DNA of 64,000 nt from Escherichia coli (lineage in GTDB: Bacteria > Pseudomonadota > Gammaproteobacteria > Enterobacterales > Enterobacteriaceae): NCBI RefSeq assembly GCF_003334335.1, contig NZ_QOWQ01000009.1. The stretch is one strand, 5' to 3'. The notes below the pieces were generated by a model. It was not told the DNA's origin. It did no database searches and worked only from the letters and a program-made list of their open reading frames with translations. Position 1 is the first letter of the stretch. Each line of letters opens with the position of its first letter. This document shows positions 21,132 to 38,362 of this stretch, in pieces. The position numbers and the translations under genes were made by a program.

Positions 21132-23084
21132 TTACTTACTCAAATCCACCTGATAAATCGCAAACCCGATATCATCGGTCGCGACTTTATTCATCGGATA
21201 TTGCCCTTTCTCTTTAATAAACGCCGCGGCTTTATCTGATGGAGAGGTTTCGAAACGGATATCCAGTTTCTTATCGCCAGCTATCGGTGCTAAACGCCAG
21301 TTGTTATCTGCCGCCGGGTGAATTTCCCCCGCACGTTTCGACTCATCAGCAATCCACGCTGCCAGCACCGAGCGGTTCTCATCCGGTGAAGCAAAAGCGA
21401 TATGGCTGTCGCCCGTACCGGCAAATTTGCCGCCGTAAGCGCGATAGTTATTGGTGGCAACCAGGAACATGGCGTTCGGATCAATCGGCTTGCCATTAAA
21501 GGTCAGGTTCTTAATCCTTTCCGCATTGGCATTAACCATCTGGCACTCGCCGTCATAACGGGCAGGCTGGGTAACATCAATCTGATAATTCACACCATCA
21601 ATCACATCAAAGTTATAGGTGCGGAAACCATCCCAGTTGATGAGTGACTGTGGTTTCGTGTTGTCAGGATCAATCTGGTTAAACTGTCCGGCGGAGCACT
21701 CCAGCCACTCTTTCACCTCTTTACCGCTGGCTTTCACCACAATCAGCGTATTGGGGTAGAGATAAAGATCGGCGGCATTACGGAAGGTCAACTGGCCTTT
21801 TTCCACCTCCACATAGCTTGCCGGATCATTTTTGCGACCACCAACTTTAAACGGTGCAGCAGCTGAAAGCACCGGCAGTTTTGCCAGATCCGGATCGCCC
21901 TGAATGTAATGCTCGACATACGCTTTTTGCGCGTTGTTCACCACCTGCACGGTCGGATCGTCCTGCACCAGCGCCAGATAGCTATACATATTGTCGGCGG
22001 ATTTACCGATTGGCTTGCTGACGAACTGGCGTGTGGCATCGTGATCGGCTTTGAGTGTTTCTACCAGCTTGCTGTCTTCCGCCGCGAGGGATTTTTTATT
22101 GGCGATGTCGTAAATCGGCCGTGCTTCCGCTTTCGCCTGCGTCACCTGCCATTTACCGCTGTTATTACTGAGTTGTAAGTCGACCACCCCAAGATGATCG
22201 CCCCACATGCCCGGCATTACCGCCGGAACACCATTCAGCGTGCCTTTCGCGATATCAGCCCCTTCGATATCAGCAAAATCTTTACCTGGGAAAACGGCGT
22301 GAGCATGGCCAAACATAATGGCGTTAACGCCAGGAATTTCACTGAGGTAATAAACTGAGTTTTCCGCCATCACTTTATACGGATCGGCAGATAGCCCGGA
22401 ATGCGCCAGAACGACAACGACATCGGCACCTTTCTCGCGCATTTCAGGCACGTATTTGCGCACGGTTTCGGTAATATCATTCACCGTCACTTTTCCGGAT
22501 AAATTAGCTTTATCCCAGCCCATGATTTGCGGCGGCACGACGCCAATATAGCCAATCTTCAGCGTCTGTTTTTTTCCGTCTTTATCGACCACTTCGGTAT
22601 CTTTAATTAAATACGGTGTAAACATTGGCTGTTTGGTTCTGGCGTCAATGACGTTGGCATTTACATAAGGGAATTTCGCTCCCGCCAACGCATTTTTCAG
22701 GTAATCCAGACCGTAGTTAAATTCATGATTGCCGAGTGTACCGACCGTATAATCCAGCGTATTCAGCGCCTTATAAACCGGATGAACATCACCTGCTTTT
22801 AATCCTTTCGCCGATATGTAATCGGCCAGCGGACTCCCCTGAATCAAATCGCCGTTATCGACCAGTACGCTGTTTTTCACTTCATTGCGGGCATCGTTAA
22901 TCAGGCTTGCCGTACGTACCAGTCCGAATTTTTCCGTGGCGGTGTCTTTGTAATAATCGAAATCCATCATGTTGCTATGCAGATCAGTGGTTTCCATGAT
23001 ACGTAGATCGACCGTCGCTGCATTCACACTGGCGGCAATCAGCGTGGCCAGGAGCGTTGCGCTAAACTTAATCATCAGGGACAT
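21132..23084 (-). CDS. cpdB: Periplasmic 2',3'-cyclic-nucleotide 2'-phosphodiesterase/3'-nucleotidase
   Basis: 650 aa ORF with signal peptide; calcineurin-like phosphoesterase and 5'-nucleotidase C-terminal domains. Confidence 0.93.
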   Translation of the reverse strand: MSLMIKFSATLLATLIAASVNAATVDLRIMETTDLHSNMMDFDYYKDTATEKFGLVRTASLINDARNEVKNSVLVDNGDLIQGSPLADYISAKGLKAGDVHPVYKALNTLDYTVGTLGNHEFNYGLDYLKNALAGAKFPYVNANVIDARTKQPMFTPYLIKDTEVVDKDGKKQTLKIGYIGVVPPQIMGWDKANLSGKVTVNDITETVRKYVPEMREKGADVVVVLAHSGLSADPYKVMAENSVYYLSEIPGVNAIMFGHAHAVFPGKDFADIEGADIAKGTLNGVPAVMPGMWGDHLGVVDLQLSNNSGKWQVTQAKAEARPIYDIANKKSLAAEDSKLVETLKADHDATRQFVSKPIGKSADNMYSYLALVQDDPTVQVVNNAQKAYVEHYIQGDPDLAKLPVLSAAAPFKVGGRKNDPASYVEVEKGQLTFRNAADLYLYPNTLIVVKASGKEVKEWLECSAGQFNQIDPDNTKPQSLINWDGFRTYNFDVIDGVNYQIDVTQPARYDGECQMVNANAERIKNLTFNGKPIDPNAMFLVATNNYRAYGGKFAGTGDSHIAFASPDENRSVLAAWIADESKRAGEIHPAADNNWRLAPIAGDKKLDIRFETSPSDKAAAFIKEKGQYPMNKVATDDIGFAIYQVDLSK

Positions 23085-23264
23085 CCTTTTATCATCGGGA
23101 ATACGAAAGAAAAGGGAGAATAAACGCCTTACTTATAGAACAGTGAAGAATGCCACAATTTTACGCTTTGAAAATGATGACACTATCACAGTTGGCGCAT
23201 TCATTAACGATAGGGTATAAGTAAAACAATAAGTTAACACCGCTCACAGAGACGAGGTGGAGAA

Positions 23265-24005
23265 ATGTTAGATCAAGTATGCCAGCTTGCACGGAATGCA
23301 GGCGATGCCATTATGCAGGTCTACGACGGGACGAAACCGATGGACGTCGTCAGCAAAGCGGACAATTCTCCGGTAACGGCAGCGGATATTGCCGCTCACA
23401 CCGTTATCATGGACGGTTTACGTACGCTGACACCGGATATTCCGGTCCTTTCTGAAGAAGATCCTCCCGGTTGGGAAGTCCGTCAGCACTGGCAGCGTTA
23501 CTGGCTGGTAGACCCGCTGGATGGTACTAAAGAGTTTATTAAACGTAATGGCGAATTCACCGTTAACATTGCGCTCATTGACCATGGCAAACCGATTTTA
23601 GGTGTGGTGTATGCGCCGGTAATGAACATAATGTACAGCGCGGCAGAAGGCAAGGCCTGGAAAGAAGAGTGCGGTGTGCGCAAGCAGATTCAGGTCCGCG
23701 ATGCGCGCCCGCCGCTGGTGGTTATCAGCCGTTCCCATGCAGATGCGGAGCTGAAAGAGTATCTGCAACAGCTTGGCGAACATCAGACCACGTCCATCGG
23801 CTCTTCGCTGAAATTTTGCCTGGTGGCGGAAGGGCAGGCGCAGCTGTACCCGCGCTTCGGACCAACGAATATTTGGGATACCGCCGCTGGTCATGCTGTG
23901 GCTGCAGCTGCCGGAGCGCACGTTCATGACTGGCAGAGTAAACCGCTGGATTACACTCCGCGCGAGTCGTTCCTGAATCCGGGATTCAGAGTGTCTATTT
24001 ATTAA
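23265..24005 (+). CDS. cysQ: 3'(2'),5'-bisphosphate nucleotidase
   Basis: 246 aa, [22 protein letters not shown]...; inositol monophosphatase family (WLVDPLDGT). Confidence 0.95.
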   Translation: MLDQVCQLARNAGDAIMQVYDGTKPMDVVSKADNSPVTAADIAAHTVIMDGLRTLTPDIPVLSEEDPPGWEVRQHWQRYWLVDPLDGTKEFIKRNGEFTVNIALIDHGKPILGVVYAPVMNIMYSAAEGKAWKEECGVRKQIQVRDARPPLVVISRSHADAELKEYLQQLGEHQTTSIGSSLKFCLVAEGQAQLYPRFGPTNIWDTAAGHAVAAAAGAHVHDWQSKPLDYTPRESFLNPGFRVSIY

Positions 24006-24552
24006 TTAATTTATGCAGCAGGTCCATCACTTGCTGCACCTCTTCCTGTGTGAGCGCCCCGTCTTTGGCCCATTGCACGCGACCATCCTTATCCAGCACC
24101 ACTACAGCGGAACTTTCTTCATCCAGCTGCCAGGCACCGCGCGCGACGCCATTGCTATCGACAATAAACTGCGACCAGGGATAAAGCTTTTTATTACTCT
24201 CCAGACTGCTGCGCACAAACATCCCTGAACCCGGAATCGCGTCGTCGGTGTTAACAATGGTGGTGGTCTGGTAGCGATCGTGCGGTAACTTCGCTGATTT
24301 AATCGCTTCAATCAGCGTCGCGTTTTTCTCTTTTGCAGAGGTGCGACCAGCAATATGTTGCAGTACTCGCACTTTTCCCACTAACTGTGCGCTGTTCCAG
24401 GTTTTGTAGCTAAACTGATCTTTATCAAGCACCAACTCGCCTCGATCGGTAATGCCAATCGGCGGCACTCGCTGACCGGTTTCGAACTGATGTGCGGAAG
24501 CCATCATCGGCAACAGCAGGCAGGTGAGTGCCAGAATCTTGCGTAGGGTCAT
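23995..24552 (-). CDS. ytfJ: Periplasmic protein of unknown function
   Basis: 185 aa with signal peptide ([20 protein letters not shown]); convergent 11-bp overlap with cysQ. Confidence 0.85.
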   Translation of the reverse strand: MTLRKILALTCLLLPMMASAHQFETGQRVPPIGITDRGELVLDKDQFSYKTWNSAQLVGKVRVLQHIAGRTSAKEKNATLIEAIKSAKLPHDRYQTTTIVNTDDAIPGSGMFVRSSLESNKKLYPWSQFIVDSNGVARGAWQLDEESSAVVVLDKDGRVQWAKDGALTQEEVQQVMDLLHKLINK

Positions 24553-24876
24553 GGTGTTTCCTTCTTATGATATGCAGGTGATCCGACCACTTGGGTCTGA
24601 GTTTTAATCATATGTGCTATTTATCGAATTTCCCGCAAGTGTGATGCCAGTTTGCGGTCAAGCGCACAAATCATATGAAAAATGAATGCTTATACTGAAG
24701 ACCGCGCTTCGGTAAAAAGATAATTCTGAATAATTGTAACCTTTAGGTAAAAAAAGTTATACGCGGTGGAAACATTGCCCGGATAGTCTATAGTCACTAA
24801 GCATTAAAATTTGCGCCTCATAATAGTTGGGCCGATTGTGGCACCGCACAGGCGTAATACTCAGCAGGAGATAACA

Positions 24877-25083
24877 ATGAAAATTTTCCAACGGTACAAC
24901 CCACTTCAGGTGGCGAAGTACGTAAAGATCCTGTTCCGTGGACGGTTATACATCAAGGACGTTGGCGCTTTTGAATTTGATAAGGGTAAGATTCTTATCC
25001 CAAAAGTGAAGGATAAGCTGCATTTGTCAGTGATGTCCGAAGTTAACCGTCAGGTTATGCGTCTGCAAACAGAGATGGCTTAA
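24877..25083 (+). CDS. ytfK: Small protein YtfK (DUF1107)
   Basis: Internal ATG at 24877 ([30 protein letters not shown]...) gives 68 aa. Confidence 0.88.
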
Positions 25084-25144
25084 CCAAAGTGCTATGCAGT
25101 AATAAGACGGCTCCTGATTCAGGAGCCGTTGATGTTTCTGGGGG

Positions 25145-26488
25145 TTACGCGACGCTTTCTTCTTTATCTTTAGCGTCAGGCAGTTTTGGCGAAAGGGCGG
25201 TGGCCTTGCTGTCGATCCGGGTCACCAGCAGCTGGTCGATGCGGTAGTTATCGATATCCACCACTTCAAATTTGTAGCCGGCGAATTTCACCGAATCGGT
25301 GCGTTTCGGGATCTTACGCAGCATAAACATCATAAAGCCGCCGATGGTTTCGTAGTTGCCCGACTGCGGGAACTCGTCAATATCCAGCACGCGCATGACG
25401 TCGTCAATTGGGGTGCCGCCGTCAATCAGCCATGAGTTCTCATCACGGGCGACAATCTGCTCTTCCAGCCCCTGACCGACTAGATCGCCCATCAGCGTGG
25501 TCATCACGTCATTGAGGGTGATGATCCCCACCACCAGCGCGTACTCGTTCATGATCACCGCGAAGTCTTCACCTGCGGTTTTAAAACTTTCCAACGCCTC
25601 TGAAAGGGTTAACGTATCCGGCACAATCAGCGTGTTGCGAATTTGTACGCCGCTGTTCAGTGCCAGGCTTTGGTTAGCCAGCACGCGGTTCAGCAGGTCT
25701 TTAGAATCGACATAGCCGATGATGTGGTCAATATCTTCATTACAGACGAGGAACTTAGAGTGCGGATGTTCCGCCACCTTATTCTTCAGGCTTTGCTCAT
25801 CTTCGTGGAGATCAAACCAAATCACGTTTTCACGCGGTGTCATTGACGACGGAACGGTACGGGATTCCAGCTCAAAGACGTTTTCAATCAGCTCGTGTTC
25901 CTGTTTACGTAACACGCCCGCCAGCGCACCGGCTTCCACTACCGCGTAGATGTCATCAGAAGTGATGTCATCTTTACGTACCATTGGCAGTTTGAAAATA
26001 CGGAAGATTATGTTCGCCAGTCCGTTGAAGAACCACACCAGCGGGGTGCAAACGTACAGGCAGAAGCGCATCGGGTTGATGATACGCAAAGCGACAGCTT
26101 CTGGCGCAATCATACCGATGCGTTTCGGGGTTAAATCCGCAAACAGGATAAACATGCCAGTCACTAACGAGAAAGAGAGAATAAAGCTCAGTTGCTCAGA
26201 GAGCTCTGCCGACATATAGCGGGAGAACAGGCTGTGAAAAGCTGGAGAAAATGCCGCATCACCGACGATACCGCCGAGAATCGCCACTGCGTTCAGACCG
26301 ATTTGGACCACGGTAAAGAACATGCCGGGATTTTCCTGCATATTCAGAACGCGTTGGGCATTTATATTGCCTTCATCAGCCAGCAGTTTAAGTTTGATTT
26401 TGCGTGAGGCGGCAAGTGAGATCTCGGACATCGAGAAGAACGCACTTACAGCGATCAAGCAGAGTATGACTAAAATACTGTTTAACAT
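25145..26488 (-). CDS. ytfL: CNNM/HlyC-CorC-family membrane transporter with CBS domains
   Basis: 447 aa; DUF21 membrane domain, CBS pair and CorC C-terminal domain; named paeA in recent literature. Confidence 0.9.
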   Translation of the reverse strand: MLNSILVILCLIAVSAFFSMSEISLAASRKIKLKLLADEGNINAQRVLNMQENPGMFFTVVQIGLNAVAILGGIVGDAAFSPAFHSLFSRYMSAELSEQLSFILSFSLVTGMFILFADLTPKRIGMIAPEAVALRIINPMRFCLYVCTPLVWFFNGLANIIFRIFKLPMVRKDDITSDDIYAVVEAGALAGVLRKQEHELIENVFELESRTVPSSMTPRENVIWFDLHEDEQSLKNKVAEHPHSKFLVCNEDIDHIIGYVDSKDLLNRVLANQSLALNSGVQIRNTLIVPDTLTLSEALESFKTAGEDFAVIMNEYALVVGIITLNDVMTTLMGDLVGQGLEEQIVARDENSWLIDGGTPIDDVMRVLDIDEFPQSGNYETIGGFMMFMLRKIPKRTDSVKFAGYKFEVVDIDNYRIDQLLVTRIDSKATALSPKLPDAKDKEESVA

Positions 26489-26663
26489 ATCTTATCCGAC
26501 CTTTCAGGCCAGATCCTCGGAAGGGGAAGTTGATTAATTTGTGTGAAATACAAATTGAAAGCCGATTCGAAGAAAGTGAACCGGCATTTTCAGTGGCTAG
26601 TATAGCGTAAGGTACTGTAAAGTCGCCAGAGGGTTAAAATTCAGACTGCTGATAAATGCAATA

Positions 26664-26766
26664 CTGCCTGATGCGCTATGCCAATCAGGCCTACGCAGTC
26701 CTTGCAATATATTGAATTTGGACGATTTTGTAGGCCTGGTAAGGCGTTTACGCCGCATCTGGCATA
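26664..26766. repeat. REP/BIME cluster
   Basis: tgcctgatgcgctatgccaatcaggcctac ... gtaggcctggtaaggcgtttacgccgcatctggca. Confidence 0.6.
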
Positions 26767-26810
26767 AATAAAGCGCACTTTATCAACAATCTACATTTGT
26801 ACCCGTAACG

Positions 26811-27449
26811 CTATGCTTCCGGTGGCAGACAGACGCCAATTCCGCCAATTCCACAGTAACCATACGGGTTTTTATGCAGATATTGCTGGTGGTCATCTTC
26901 GGCATAATAAAACGGTGTGGCGTTAGCGATTTCCGTGGTGATGTGACGATCATCATCGGCGGCAAGCATCGCCGCCTGAAAACGTTCCAGACTGGCGCGA
27001 GCTGCGGCATCCTGTTCTGGGGTCAGCGGATAAATCGCTGAACGATACTGCGTGCCGTGGTCATTGCCCTGACGCATTCCCTGGGCGGGATCGTGATTCT
27101 CCCAAAATACCTGTAGCAACTGCTCATAGCTGATGACGGAAGGATCGTAAACAATGCGTACCGCTTCGGCATGACCCGTATCACCGGAGCACACTTCCCG
27201 ATAAGTCGGATTTGGCGTATAGCCTCCGGTATAGCCTGCGGCGGTGCTGTAAACGCCGGGTAACTGCCAGAACAGACGCTCCACACCCCAGAAACAACCC
27301 ATCGCAAAAATGGCAATCTCCATTCCGTCAGGTACATTGGTCATTGAGTGACCGTTGACCGCATGCAGCGTGGCTACGGGCATCGGGGTGTTACGTCCAG
27401 GCAGGGCATCGGCGGGGGAAACCAGATGCTTTTTATCAAATAAACTCAT
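26811..27449 (-). CDS. msrA: Peptide methionine sulfoxide reductase A
   Basis: Internal ATG at 27449 ([24 protein letters not shown]...) gives 212 aa; GCFWG active-site motif. Confidence 0.95.
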
Positions 27450-27612
27450 GGTGTCGCTCTCCCGAAAATCGGTCATTGGGGTTAAGGTTGTAACAAGAGG
27501 CGTATTTGCACACAATAACCACCGTGAATAGGTCTAAAGTAAAACATAAGAAATATTTGGGGTTTAGTCTGCTTTTTAATCCATATTACTGGATTTTTGT
27601 TAAGCCGTTTAA

Positions 27613-33164
<5,552 letters not shown>

Positions 33165-33166
33165 CA

Positions 33167-33508
33167 ATGCGAATATTTGTCTACGGCAGTTTACGCCACA
33201 AACAAGGCAACAGTCACTGGATGACCAATGCCCAGTTACTGGGCGATTTCAGTATCGATAACTACCAGTTGTATAGCCTGGGCCACTATCCAGGCGCAGT
33301 TCCGGGGAACGGAACAGTACACGGTGAAGTTTATCGTATTGACAACGCCACGCTGGCCGAACTTGATGCCTTGCGCACCAGGGGCGGTGAATACGCGCGC
33401 CAGTTGATTCAGACGCCGTACGGGAGTGCATGGATGTACGTTTATCAACGACCCGTCGATGGATTAAAGCTAATTGAAAGCGGCGACTGGTTAGACAGGG
33501 ATAAGTAA
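33167..33508 (+). CDS. ytfP: Gamma-glutamylcyclotransferase-like protein
   Basis: 113 aa, MRIFVYGSLRHKQGNSHWM... (YGSL motif). Confidence 0.9.
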   Translation: MRIFVYGSLRHKQGNSHWMTNAQLLGDFSIDNYQLYSLGHYPGAVPGNGTVHGEVYRIDNATLAELDALRTRGGEYARQLIQTPYGSAWMYVYQRPVDGLKLIESGDWLDRDK

Positions 33509-33515
33509 TAATAAA

Positions 33516-33546
33516 AGCACGCCACCTTCGGGTGGCGTTGTTTTAT
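33516..33546 (+). terminator. Rho-independent terminator of tamAB-ytfP
   Basis: cacgccacc-ttcg-ggtggcgtt hairpin followed by gttttat. Confidence 0.65.
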
Positions 33547-33887
33547 GCGATGTATCTCGCGATTTTTTTTTGTAACTTTTCCATCTTTTGCTTTTCTCTC
33601 CGAGCCGCTTTCCATATCTGCAATCGCATAAAAAACTCTGCTGGCGTTCACAAATGTGCAGGGGTAAAACGGGGGCACGCTTTGAACGGTGAGTATGAGT
33701 GAGGTCGGCTAACTTCCAGCAAGTGGCTATGAACAGCAAAATGGTGGTCGGGTTTGCTTGTTCTTACCGTTCAAGCCTTGCAACCGCTGAGAATAATGAT
33801 GGTGGAATAGAGAGTTTATTTATCGCGGGCATAAAAAAACCCTTACTAACCGAAGCCCGGCGTTCAGGGTTATTGCGCTAGAAGAAC

Positions 33888-34418
33888 TTATTTATTCTTT
33901 GCGCGCTCGAAGGAAGCAACGATTTCAGCTTTAGCGGCTTCTGCGTTTTCCCAACCTTCAACTTTCACCCACTTGCCTTTTTCGAGGTCTTTGTAGTGCT
34001 CGAAGAAGTGAGCGATCTGCGCTTTCAGCAGCTCTGGCAGATCGTTAACGTCTTTAATGTGATCGTATTCTTTGCTCAGCTTTGTGTGCGGAACAGCAAT
34101 CAGTTTCGCATCTTCACCGGCTTCGTCGGTCATTTTCAGAACGCCAACCGGACGGCAACGGATCACAGAACCCGGCTGCAGCGGGTACGGAGTCGGGACC
34201 AGTACGTCAACCGGGTCACCGTCCAGAGACAGGGTGTGGTTGATGTAACCGTAGTTGCACGGATAGAACATCGCGGTGGACATGAAGCGGTCAACGAACA
34301 GTGCGCCGCTCTCTTTGTCGATTTCGTATTTGATCGGATCTGCGTTAGCCGGGATCTCAATAACAACGTAGATGTCTTCCGGCAGATCTTTACCCGCAGG
34401 GACGTTGAGTAAGCTCAT
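33888..34418 (-). CDS. ppa: Inorganic pyrophosphatase
   Basis: 176 aa, [45 protein letters not shown]... Confidence 0.97.
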   Translation of the reverse strand: MSLLNVPAGKDLPEDIYVVIEIPANADPIKYEIDKESGALFVDRFMSTAMFYPCNYGYINHTLSLDGDPVDVLVPTPYPLQPGSVIRCRPVGVLKMTDEAGEDAKLIAVPHTKLSKEYDHIKDVNDLPELLKAQIAHFFEHYKDLEKGKWVKVEGWENAEAAKAEIVASFERAKNK

Positions 34419-34727
34419 GTCTGTTTCCTTTAAAAATATGTGGCAAACAAGTGCCGAGTATTATAGCCAACTCGCGCCGAATGTCTTCGCTTGTTTTCGT
34501 CTTCATTTTCCTTTTTCGCCAATTTTAAGACGGTATACAGAGCAGGAAAATCCATAACCGTAGCCGCATTTTTCATAGTGAGATGAAAGCGATTACAAAC
34601 TTGTGATTAACGTTTTATTTACTTCTTTGAAGTGTGATGTAACGCAATCCGTTACATAACGAATTGTCTATAGTTTTTTCGCGAACATCTTTTCACCAAT
34701 AATAATTACCCCGACGAGGACAACCCT

Positions 34728-35684
34728 ATGTGGAAACGCTTACTTGTAGTCTCTGCAGTCTCGGCAGCCATGTCGTCTATGGCGTTGGCCGCTCCATTAA
34801 CCGTAGGATTTTCGCAGGTCGGATCGGAATCTGGCTGGCGCGCCGCAGAAACCAATGTGGCGAAAAGTGAGGCCGAAAAACGCGGAATTACGCTGAAAAT
34901 TGCCGATGGTCAGCAAAAGCAGGAAAACCAGATTAAAGCGGTACGTTCCTTCGTCGCGCAAGGGGTGGATGCGATCTTTATCGCTCCGGTGGTTGCGACT
35001 GGTTGGGAACCGGTATTAAAAGAGGCGAAAGATGCCGAAATCCCGGTCTTCTTGCTCGATCGTTCTATTGATGTGAAAGACAAATCTCTCTATATGACCA
35101 CCGTCACTGCCGACAACATTCTCGAAGGCAAGTTGATTGGTGACTGGCTGGTAAAAGAAGTGAATGGCAAACCATGCAACGTGGTGGAGCTGCAGGGCAC
35201 TGTTGGGGCCAGCGTCGCCATTGACCGTAAGAAAGGCTTTGCCGAAGCCATTAAGAATGCGCCAAATATCAAAATTATCCGCTCGCAGTCAGGTGACTTC
35301 ACCCGCAGTAAAGGCAAAGAAGTCATGGAGAGCTTTATCAAAGCGGAAAACAACGGCAAAAACATCTGCATGGTTTACGCCCATAACGACGACATGGTGA
35401 TTGGTGCAATTCAGGCAATTAAAGAAGCGGGCCTGAAACCAGGCAAAGATATTCTGACAGGTTCTATCGACGGCGTACCGGATATCTACAAAGCGATGAT
35501 TGATGGCGAAGCGAACGCCAGTGTTGAACTGACGCCGAATATGGCAGGTCCCGCCTTCGACGCGCTGGAGAAATACAAAAAAGACGGCACCATGCCTGAA
35601 AAGCTGACGCTGACCAAATCCACCCTTTATCTGCCTGATACCGCAAAAGAAGAGTTAGAGAAGAAGAAAAATATGGGGTATTGA
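34728..35684 (+). CDS. ytfQ: ABC transporter periplasmic sugar-binding protein (galactofuranose-type)
   Basis: 318 aa with signal peptide; periplasmic-binding-protein type I fold; followed by ATPase and permease genes. Confidence 0.92.
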   Translation: MWKRLLVVSAVSAAMSSMALAAPLTVGFSQVGSESGWRAAETNVAKSEAEKRGITLKIADGQQKQENQIKAVRSFVAQGVDAIFIAPVVATGWEPVLKEAKDAEIPVFLLDRSIDVKDKSLYMTTVTADNILEGKLIGDWLVKEVNGKPCNVVELQGTVGASVAIDRKKGFAEAIKNAPNIKIIRSQSGDFTRSKGKEVMESFIKAENNGKNICMVYAHNDDMVIGAIQAIKEAGLKPGKDILTGSIDGVPDIYKAMIDGEANASVELTPNMAGPAFDALEKYKKDGTMPEKLTLTKSTLYLPDTAKEELEKKKNMGY

Positions 35685-35691
35685 GGGTTGC

Positions 35692-35798
35692 TATGCCTGA
35701 TGCCGATTCGTAGGCCGGATAAGGCGCTCGCGCCGCATCCGGCGGTGGTGCGCTGAAGCCTGATGCGACGCTTACCGCGTCTTATCATGCCTACTGGG
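35692..35798. repeat. REP/BIME cluster
   Basis: tgcctgatgccgattcgtaggccggataaggcgctcgcgccgcatccggc ... gcctgatgcgacgcttaccgcgtcttatcatgcctac. Confidence 0.65.
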
Positions 35799-35823
35799 AG
35801 CACGCTTTACACCGGGGGAAACC

Positions 35824-37326
35824 ATGACGACTAACCAACACCAGGAGATCCTCCGCACCGAAGGATTAAGTAAATTTTTCCCCGGCGTCAAAGCGTTAGA
35901 CAACGTTGATTTCAGCCTGCGCCGCGGCGAAATCATGGCGCTGCTCGGTGAAAACGGGGCAGGAAAATCAACGCTAATCAAAGCATTAACTGGTGTATAC
36001 CACGCCGATCGCGGCACCATCTGGCTGGAAGGCCAGGCTATCTCACCGAAAAATACCGCCCATGCACAACAACTCGGTATCGGCACCGTCTATCAGGAAG
36101 TAAACCTGCTACCCAATATGTCGGTCGCTGATAATCTATTTATAGGCCGCGAACCCAAACGCTTCGGCCTTCTACGCCGCAAAGAGATGGAAAAGCGCGC
36201 CACCGAACTGATGGCATCTTACGGTTTCTCCCTCGACGTGCGCGAACCGCTCAACCGCTTTTCAGTCGCGATGCAGCAAATCGTCGCTATTTGCCGGGCT
36301 ATCGATCTCTCTGCCAAAGTGCTGATCCTCGATGAACCCACCGCCAGTCTCGACACCCAGGAAGTGGAGTTACTGTTTGACCTGATGCGTCAGTTGCGCG
36401 ATCGCGGCGTCAGCCTGATTTTTGTCACTCACTTTCTCGATCAGGTCTATCAGGTCAGCGATCGGATCACCGTCTTACGCAACGGCAGTTTCGTAGGCTG
36501 TCGGGAAACGTGCGAGCTACCGCAGATCGAACTGGTAAAAATGATGCTGGGGCGCGAGCTGGATACCCACGCGCTACAGCGTGCCGGGCGAACATTGTTG
36601 AGCGACAAACCCGTTGCCGCGTTCAAAAATTACGGCAAAAAAGGAACGATCGCACCGTTTGATCTCGAAGTACGCCCCGGCGAGATCGTCGGTCTGGCTG
36701 GATTGCTGGGATCAGGACGTACCGAAACCGCCGAAGTGATCTTCGGTATCAAACCTGCTGACAGCGGCACGGCGTTGATCAAAGGCAAACCGCAAAACCT
36801 GCGATCGCCACATCAGGCTTCGGTACTGGGCATTGGCTTCTGCCCGGAAGACAGGAAAACCGATGGCATCATCGCTGCCGCCTCGGTGCGGGAAAATATC
36901 ATCCTCGCTCTCCAGGCCCAGCGCGGCTGGCTACGTCCCATTTCCCGCAAAGAACAGCAAGAGATTGCCGAACGCTTTATCCGCCAGCTTGGCATTCGCA
37001 CACCTTCAACTGAACAACCGATTGAATTTCTCTCTGGCGGCAATCAGCAAAAAGTGTTGCTTTCACGTTGGCTACTGACCCGACCGCAATTTCTGATCCT
37101 TGATGAGCCAACTCGCGGCATTGATGTTGGTGCCCACGCCGAGATCATCCGCCTGATTGAAACGCTATGCGCCGATGGTCTGGCGCTGCTGGTGATCTCC
37201 TCCGAACTGGAAGAACTGGTGGGCTATGCCGACCGGGTGATCATCATGCGCGATCGCAAACAGGTGGCGGAGATCCCGCTGGCAGAGCTTTCCGTTCCGG
37301 CGATCATGAACGCCATTGCGGCGTAA
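35824..37326 (+). CDS. ytfR: ABC transporter ATP-binding protein with duplicated ATPase domains
   Basis: 500 aa; two Walker A motifs (GENGAGKST, GLLGSGRTE) and signature LSGGNQQK. Confidence 0.93.
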   Translation: MTTNQHQEILRTEGLSKFFPGVKALDNVDFSLRRGEIMALLGENGAGKSTLIKALTGVYHADRGTIWLEGQAISPKNTAHAQQLGIGTVYQEVNLLPNMSVADNLFIGREPKRFGLLRRKEMEKRATELMASYGFSLDVREPLNRFSVAMQQIVAICRAIDLSAKVLILDEPTASLDTQEVELLFDLMRQLRDRGVSLIFVTHFLDQVYQVSDRITVLRNGSFVGCRETCELPQIELVKMMLGRELDTHALQRAGRTLLSDKPVAAFKNYGKKGTIAPFDLEVRPGEIVGLAGLLGSGRTETAEVIFGIKPADSGTALIKGKPQNLRSPHQASVLGIGFCPEDRKTDGIIAAASVRENIILALQAQRGWLRPISRKEQQEIAERFIRQLGIRTPSTEQPIEFLSGGNQQKVLLSRWLLTRPQFLILDEPTRGIDVGAHAEIIRLIETLCADGLALLVISSELEELVGYADRVIIMRDRKQVAEIPLAELSVPAIMNAIAA

Positions 37327-37336
37327 GGAGAACAGT

Positions 37337-38362
37337 GTGATGCCTCAATCTCTCCCGGACACTACGCCGCCGAAAAGGCGCTTTCGCTGGCCAACGGGAA
37401 TGCCGCAGCTGGCGGCACTGTTGCTGGTGCTGCTGGTCGATAGCCTGGTGGCCCCGCATTTCTGGCAGGTGGTGCTCCAGGATGGGCGTTTATTCGGTAG
37501 CCCCATAGACATTCTTAACCGTGCGGCCCCCGTTGCGCTGTTGGCTATCGGAATGACGCTGGTGATCGCAACAGGTGGGATTGATCTCTCCGTGGGGGCG
37601 GTGATGGCTATCGCCGGAGCCACAACGGCTGCGATGACGGTCGCGGGATTCAGCCTGCCGATTGTTTTGTTAAGCGCCCTGGGCACTGGCATCCTGGCGG
37701 GATTGTGGAACGGCATACTGGTAGCGATCCTCAAAATTCAGCCGTTTGTTGCCACCCTGATCCTGATGGTCGCCGGGCGCGGCGTGGCGCAACTGATCAC
37801 CTCCGGACAGATCGTCACGTTTAACTCGCCGGATCTCTCATGGTTTGGCAGTGGATCGCTGTTGTTCCTGCCAACGCCGGTCATTATCGCGGTGCTGACG
37901 CTTATCCTGTTCTGGCTGTTGACCCGCAAAACGGCGCTGGGGATGTTTATCGAAGCCGTTGGTATCAACATTCGGGCGGCAAAAAATGCCGGGGTAAACA
38001 CGCGGATCATCGTCATGCTTACCTACGTGTTGAGCGGGCTGTGTGCGGCGATTGCGGGCATTATCGTGGCGGCGGATATTCGCGGTGCCGATGCCAATAA
38101 CGCCGGGTTATGGCTGGAGCTGGACGCCATTCTCGCGGTGGTTATTGGCGGCGGATCGCTGATGGGCGGACGTTTTAACCTACTGCTTTCGGTGGTGGGG
38201 GCGCTGATTATTCAGGGGATGAACACCGGAATTTTGCTTTCGGGCTTTCCGCCAGAGATGAACCAGGTTGTAAAAGCGGTGGTGGTTCTTTGCGTGCTGA
38301 TTGTCCAGTCGCAACGCTTTATCAGTCTGATTAAAGGAGTACGTAGCCGTGATAAAACGTAA
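37337..38362 (+). CDS. ytfT: ABC transporter permease
   Basis: About 341 aa polytopic permease; start taken at GTG 37337 or ATG 37340 (MPQSLPDT...); the ORF track starts at 37316. Confidence 0.88.
   Translation: MMPQSLPDTTPPKRRFRWPTGMPQLAALLLVLLVDSLVAPHFWQVVLQDGRLFGSPIDILNRAAPVALLAIGMTLVIATGGIDLSVGAVMAIAGATTAAMTVAGFSLPIVLLSALGTGILAGLWNGILVAILKIQPFVATLILMVAGRGVAQLITSGQIVTFNSPDLSWFGSGSLLFLPTPVIIAVLTLILFWLLTRKTALGMFIEAVGINIRAAKNAGVNTRIIVMLTYVLSGLCAAIAGIIVAADIRGADANNAGLWLELDAILAVVIGGGSLMGGRFNLLLSVVGALIIQGMNTGILLSGFPPEMNQVVKAVVVLCVLIVQSQRFISLIKGVRSRDKT

Noticed and set aside
33830..33887. Possible rho-independent terminator downstream of ppa
   Set aside because: Only a 6-bp stem with a long loop before the T-run; too weak to annotate.
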